Shown piece after piece: positions 59,082 through 64,000 of a DNA stretch of 64,000 bases. Both the position numbers and the translations under genes were made by a program. This DNA is from Desulfomonilia bacterium (GTDB lineage Bacteria > Desulfobacterota > Desulfomonilia > UBA1062), in NCBI GenBank assembly GCA_963664325.2, contig CAXXDQ010000004.1:192001-256000 (forward strand). The letters run 5' to 3'. A model generated the notes under the pieces. That model saw only the letters and a program-made list of their open reading frames with translations, was not told the origin of the DNA and ran no database searches. The stretch's first letter is position 1. Each line of letters begins with the position of its first letter.

Positions 59082-60950
59082 TTATTTAAGCTTATCCTGC
59101 ACTATCTCAATATTGTGCTTTTTCTTTGCACTTTTTATAAAATCTTCAAATGCGGCATCTTTATCCTTTTTCAGGAGATCGGCCTTGATTAAATATGCCT
59201 TTGCCGGGTTCAGGCCTGAAGGGTCGGCTTTGACAAACTGATTGAGCCAAACCACACAGGTCCGGCCTTCGACCGTATAAGACTTTGGAACATTGAGGCT
59301 GTCCAGATCGTCCTTGAGTTTTGCATCACCGCCGAGCTTAGGAATTACGCCTTCCGAGCGTTTGAATATGCCCGTAGTTTCGTGAGACATCGCATTAAGG
59401 GCATTGGCCCCTTTTGACGAAAGCTGGCTTGCATAAGCTTTTGCAGCTTCGACTGCCTTTTCCCTGGAGGAATCGGCAATGACCCTTTCTCTGACCTCGT
59501 TAAGCTCCGGTATCCTGGCGTTGATTCTGCCGGTCACCTTGTACACCATGTAGCCGGTGCCGGTATCGATGACATCTCCGAGATCGCCTTCCTGCCTGGG
59601 TACAGCGTCTTTGATGACCTTGGCGCCCATGGGTATTGCGATCTGCTCGTTTTCCGCAAACGGGCCGAATTCCTTCAGCTCAAGCCCTTTCTTCTTTGCA
59701 TAAGCGGCGATGTCGGATTTGGGGTCTTCGAATATGGCTGAAAACGCATTCTGGGAATCGGCATATGCCTTGTCCTTGGAAATTCTGGCTGTAAGTTTCT
59801 CCTTGATCAGGGGTTCAACTTCTTCAAACGGTTTGACCTTTTCGTCAATTTTCGCATCAAGTTTCACTATCCTGAAGCCCATGGGGGTGCGCAGGGGGCC
59901 TTTAACTTCTCCGGGTTTCATCGACAGGAGGGTATCTCCAAGCCCTTCCGGCAGTTTATCTTTTTCCACCATGCCAAGGTCGCCGCCGTTCTTTGATGTC
60001 GCAGGGTCCTGGGAAAACTTTCTGGCGAGTCCGGCAAAGTCCGCTCCCTTCTTTGCCTCGTCAACAATCTTCTGTGCCTCCTGTTGTTTTTCCTTCATCA
60101 TCTTCTCGTCAGTCTTCCTGGGCGCAAGGATCAGAATCTCCCTTCCGTGAACCTTTGCCGGTATTGTGTATTCCGACAAATGGTCGTTATAATAATCCTT
60201 CTTGTCCTTGTCCGGTATGTTCACCGACTGGGCATATTGCACGGTTTCGAACATAATATAGGATATCTTGGTCTTGGGCGGGACCTTGTATGACTCCTTG
60301 TGCGACTCATACCAGGCCTTGATTATCGCATCATCGACTTTAACGCCCGATCTGAACTGGTCGGGGGTAAAACATATGAAATTAAGACTCATCGCGTCTT
60401 CTTTCTGATGGTATGCCGCCTCGATTTCCTTCTTTGATATATGAACGTTATCCGTAACTATGCTCATAAGCCTCTGCCTGATCATCTCGTTTCTCTGCTG
60501 GTCTTCAAACTCCGAAGGCGTAACCTTGAGATAACCCAGTATCTGATTGTATTTATCCATATCAAAGCTTCCGTTCGTCGTAAAAACGGGCAGCTTTCTT
60601 ATGGAATCCTGAAGGTCTTCGGTTGTAATCCTGATCCCCATCTTGTCGGCCTCAAGCTGCATGACATAGTTGTTGATGAGCTGGTCAAGCACCTTGTTTT
60701 TCAGATCCAGAATCTTGATCATCTCTTCATTGAAGAAATTGCCATACTGCTGGCGGTATGCATCGATTGTATTATCATAAGCCTTCCGGTATTCCTGATC
60801 GGATATTATATGCTTATCGATCTTGGCTACCTTGCTGCTTTCACGATTGAGATATGAACTTCCTCCCCATGCGACAAAGGTTAAGATAATCGCCCCGAAA
60901 ATGATCTTTATCATCCAGCCTTTGGAATGCTTCCTCATGTAACTCAGCAT
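59082..60950 (-). CDS. ppiD: PpiD/SurA-type periplasmic folding chaperone with parvulin domain
   Basis: N-terminal TM anchor, SurA-N region, F..LA.KFSQD....GGDLG parvulin motif, 622 aa. Confidence 0.85.
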   Translation of the reverse strand: MLSYMRKHSKGWMIKIIFGAIILTFVAWGGSSYLNRESSKVAKIDKHIISDQEYRKAYDNTIDAYRQQYGNFFNEEMIKILDLKNKVLDQLINNYVMQLEADKMGIRITTEDLQDSIRKLPVFTTNGSFDMDKYNQILGYLKVTPSEFEDQQRNEMIRQRLMSIVTDNVHISKKEIEAAYHQKEDAMSLNFICFTPDQFRSGVKVDDAIIKAWYESHKESYKVPPKTKISYIMFETVQYAQSVNIPDKDKKDYYNDHLSEYTIPAKVHGREILILAPRKTDEKMMKEKQQEAQKIVDEAKKGADFAGLARKFSQDPATSKNGGDLGMVEKDKLPEGLGDTLLSMKPGEVKGPLRTPMGFRIVKLDAKIDEKVKPFEEVEPLIKEKLTARISKDKAYADSQNAFSAIFEDPKSDIAAYAKKKGLELKEFGPFAENEQIAIPMGAKVIKDAVPRQEGDLGDVIDTGTGYMVYKVTGRINARIPELNEVRERVIADSSREKAVEAAKAYASQLSSKGANALNAMSHETTGIFKRSEGVIPKLGGDAKLKDDLDSLNVPKSYTVEGRTCVVWLNQFVKADPSGLNPAKAYLIKADLLKKDKDAAFEDFIKSAKKKHNIEIVQDKLK

Positions 60951-61062
60951 CAGTTTCTCCCTTAATGTTTATTGCAATTCTGGCAAAAGATAGATGAATG
61001 GGGCATATATTTCAAGTAAAGATTACTTTATTGAAAACTGATTCAATAATTATTAACAAAAT

Positions 61063-61653
61063 TCACTCGATTGATGCCTTTTCCACCCAGACGAGCTCGC
61101 ATGCGCCCCTGCCCGTATCGGTTCTTGAAAGAGAGCTCTGCCATGTCATTCCGCCCTTGCCTGTAACGCTGACCAGATAGCCTTCCAATGTGATAAGCTG
61201 ACCCGGCCTGACCGTAAAAAGTGTCCTTCGGATATATTTGTTTGCCGGTATCATGTGCATGTTCGAAGCATTGGCACATATCTGTTCGTACGGTATCGGC
61301 AAATTCCCGTCCGTTTCCCAGTAAAAAAATCTGGCCATCTGGCTGATTTTCAGTTTATTCAGTACCGCTTCATCAGACATCGGACCCCACCCGAGGGCAA
61401 GGTCGATCGGGCTTAACCCGGCGCCGGGGTCAAAACGGTATCTCTTTCTTGAGAGCACCCTGGCCTTGAGCCTGAAGGATGCGAGCGGTTTTATCGTATA
61501 ATCTTTGAACTGAAACGGGCCGGCGTCCTTGAGGGCCTCCTGAAGAGGGGCGTCGGGCGCAATGATGCCGTCCCCATGATGCACAGGCCTGTGGGAGCAC
61601 CAGGAAAAAAAGCCGGCCAGGGCTATAACGGCGATTGCAATATATTTCCACAT
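61063..61653 (-). CDS. Secreted/membrane-anchored hypothetical protein
   Basis: N-terminal hydrophobic segment; SPIDLALGWG, NMHMIPA, SSLSRTDTG.GACE. Confidence 0.7.
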   Translation of the reverse strand: MWKYIAIAVIALAGFFSWCSHRPVHHGDGIIAPDAPLQEALKDAGPFQFKDYTIKPLASFRLKARVLSRKRYRFDPGAGLSPIDLALGWGPMSDEAVLNKLKISQMARFFYWETDGNLPIPYEQICANASNMHMIPANKYIRRTLFTVRPGQLITLEGYLVSVTGKGGMTWQSSLSRTDTGRGACELVWVEKASIE

Positions 61654-61805
61654 TGTGCCTTATGGCGGGACATCGCGTCCCGTTTTATCCCCCCGCAATA
61701 TTTAATCCCGCATTTCATACAGCAACGGCTCTGCCTTGGGAAGAAAATACCGCCAAGTGTCCGCAGTGCGCTGCGGCGGCTATACCGCTCCGCCGCCAGC
61801 GAACC

Positions 61806-64000
61806 CGATTAATCCTTTATTCATCAAGGTTTAGATTCTCACGCTAAATTAATATTGTGACAGAACTCGTCACAAAAAATCTATGTCTCAATCCTTTATT
61901 CATCAAGGTTTAGATTCTCACGACACTAACGAATTGCACCTTTCCCATGCTTAATCAGGATTCGTCTCAATCCTTTATTCATCAAGATAGTGGTTCTCCC
62001 CACATAAAACACTATTTCAAACCACAGGCGCAAGAGGTTTCCACATCTCAATCCTTTATTCATCAAGGTTTAGATTCTCACCTGTCAATGGCAGTTTATT
62101 GGATTTAATGTGCGGACCTGGATAGTCTCAATCCTTTATTCATCAAGGTTTAGGTTCTCACTGCAGCACGAAGCCGAGCTGCAAGACCTGATAGACGGGG
62201 CGGTCTCAATCCTTTATTCATCAAGGTTTAGGTTCTCACAATCCATTCAGGAAGCGGTCGGAAGATTTCTTCATGAAGTGGTCTCAATCCTTTATTCATC
62301 AAGGTTTAGATTCTCACTACTTCTTGAAAAGTGAGGAAATGGGGATAAGCGAAGAGGAAGTCTCAATCCTTTATTCATCAAGGTTTAGATTCTCACGATA
62401 AAACCCTCACCGGCACGGAACAGGAATGCATAGTCTCAATCCTTTATTCCTCAAGGTTCAGGTTCTCACTGAGATCGAGGAGCTCCACGGGAAAGTGACA
62501 AAAGATGTCAAGGTTTCAATCCTTTATTCATCAAGGTTCAGGCTCTCACTCGACGTAAAATACGGCAGCGGGAAAACAATATTTATGGAAAATTGGTCTC
62601 AATCCTTTATTCATCAAGGTTTAGATTCTCACGGTTAACACTCGGATGATACCGCAGCCAAAAGTAAATCAGTCTCAATCCTTTATTCATCAAGGTTCAG
62701 GTTCTCACGCCGAGAGCTATGTAAAGGAGAACCGTTAACAAGGATACTCAGAGTCTAAATCCTTTATTCATCAAGGTTCAGATTCTCACGCGGGCAGGTG
62801 ACAACTTATTATTCGCTTAAAGGTACTTTTATGTCTCAATCCTTTATTCATCAAGGTTTAGATTCTCACGAATGATTTAATCGTAGAACTTTTGAGGATA
62901 TCAGGTGAGAAGCGTCTCAATCCTTTATTCATCAAGGTTCAGATTCTCACGGATAGAATTATGTCAGACGCAATACCAACCCGGGGAGTGAAGTTTCAAT
63001 CCTTTATTCATCAAGGTTTAGATTCTCACGCAGAAAAAATAACGGTTATACGGTTTTACTGGCAAACGTGTCTCAATCCTTTATTCATAAAGGTTCAGGT
63101 TCTCATATCCAAAGATTTGCGAGGCAATCAGCGACGAGAAAAGAATGTCTCAATCCTTTATTCATCAAGGTTCAGATTCTCACAGGTAAATTTGCTGCTG
63201 CGAAAAAGCTTGAGCGATATCCGGTCTCAATCCTTTATTCATCAAGGTTTAGATTCTCACTCACACGCCAGTTTATATCAATGACCGAATTCATGAAATT
63301 TTAGTCTCAATCCTTTATTCATCAAGGTCTAGATTCTCACCAACTGGCAAAGTCGCAATGTTTCCCGGAAATAGTTATGTCTCAATCCTTTATTCATCAA
63401 GGAAATGGTTCTCACGGAAACAAAGGTGATACTGGTCCTAAAGGTGATACGTCTCAATCCTTTATTCATCAAGGTTTAGATTCTCACAAATTAACCATCC
63501 CGCCGCAGCTCAAGGCTATAATAGGAGAGTCTCAATCCTTTATTCATCAAGGTTCAGATTCTCACTCAAAAAAATTGTGGGCCAATGTGCGTATTTTCTT
63601 CAAAGTCTCAATCCTTTATTCATCAAGGTTAAGGTTCTCACGGCGGCAGTAATAGTGTACGCCGTCTATATTTTCAAATCTTCGTCTCAATCCTTTATTC
63701 ATCAAGGTTTAGATTCTCACTAAAAATCTTGAAGGAGAGAGGCTATGAAAAAAAGCTGCATTATCGTCTCAATCCTTTATTCATCAAGGTTTAGATTCTC
63801 ACGTAAACTTATTATCGGTTGATCTTTGGGAGCATCGAAACAGGTCTCAATCCTTTATTCATCAAGGTTCAGGTTCTCACTCATTTATAACCAATAGTTC
63901 TAGTTGTGCATATATGTCTCAATCCTTTATTCATCAAGGTTCAGGTTCTCACTACTATCGTCCGGATATCGGCACGCCTGGTTCGATTCTGTCTCAATCC
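61806..64000 (-). CRISPR. CRISPR array, 37-bp repeat, 28 full + 1 partial repeats, 35-46 nt spacers; type III-like; continues beyond window
   Basis: Plus-strand consensus GTCTCAATCCTTTATTCATCAAGGTTTAGATTCTCAC; reverse complement ends ATTGAGAC; degenerate terminal repeat at 61806 marks the trailer, so the leader lies to the right. Confidence 0.97.

Noticed and set aside
62110-63652. ORFs within the CRISPR array
   Set aside because: They are translations of repeats and spacers

Overview
About 52% GC (estimated by eye) anaerobe-type chromosome segment; gene content suggests a deltaproteobacterium (Desulfobacterota-like), which is an inference. It is mostly accessory metabolism: a sugar catabolic operon (PfkB kinase, class II aldolase, fucose-isomerase-like protein, GH42), GH31, GH33 and GH57-like glycosidases, tandem MTA/SAH-deaminase-like paralogs, glnA, a non-pyrrolysine MttB, and PpiD. 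It ends in the trailer part of a type III-like CRISPR array (28 full repeats plus 1 partial) with no cas genes in the window. Three stand-out candidates: (1) a low-GC, translationally coupled cassette DGQHR/DndB-like + HEPN-like + N6-adenine DNA methyltransferase (24055-28075), a likely uncharacterised defence system; (2) a GS/GCS-fold ligase-like + Psd-like decarboxylase + Lgt-like operon (18584-22988) divergent from phoA across an 11-bp-periodic Pho-box-like array, possibly phosphate-starvation lipid remodelling; (3) an orphan Cys-periodic RiPP-like precursor with a YEKP leader (38174-38416). All calls are from motif recognition only; no searches were run.
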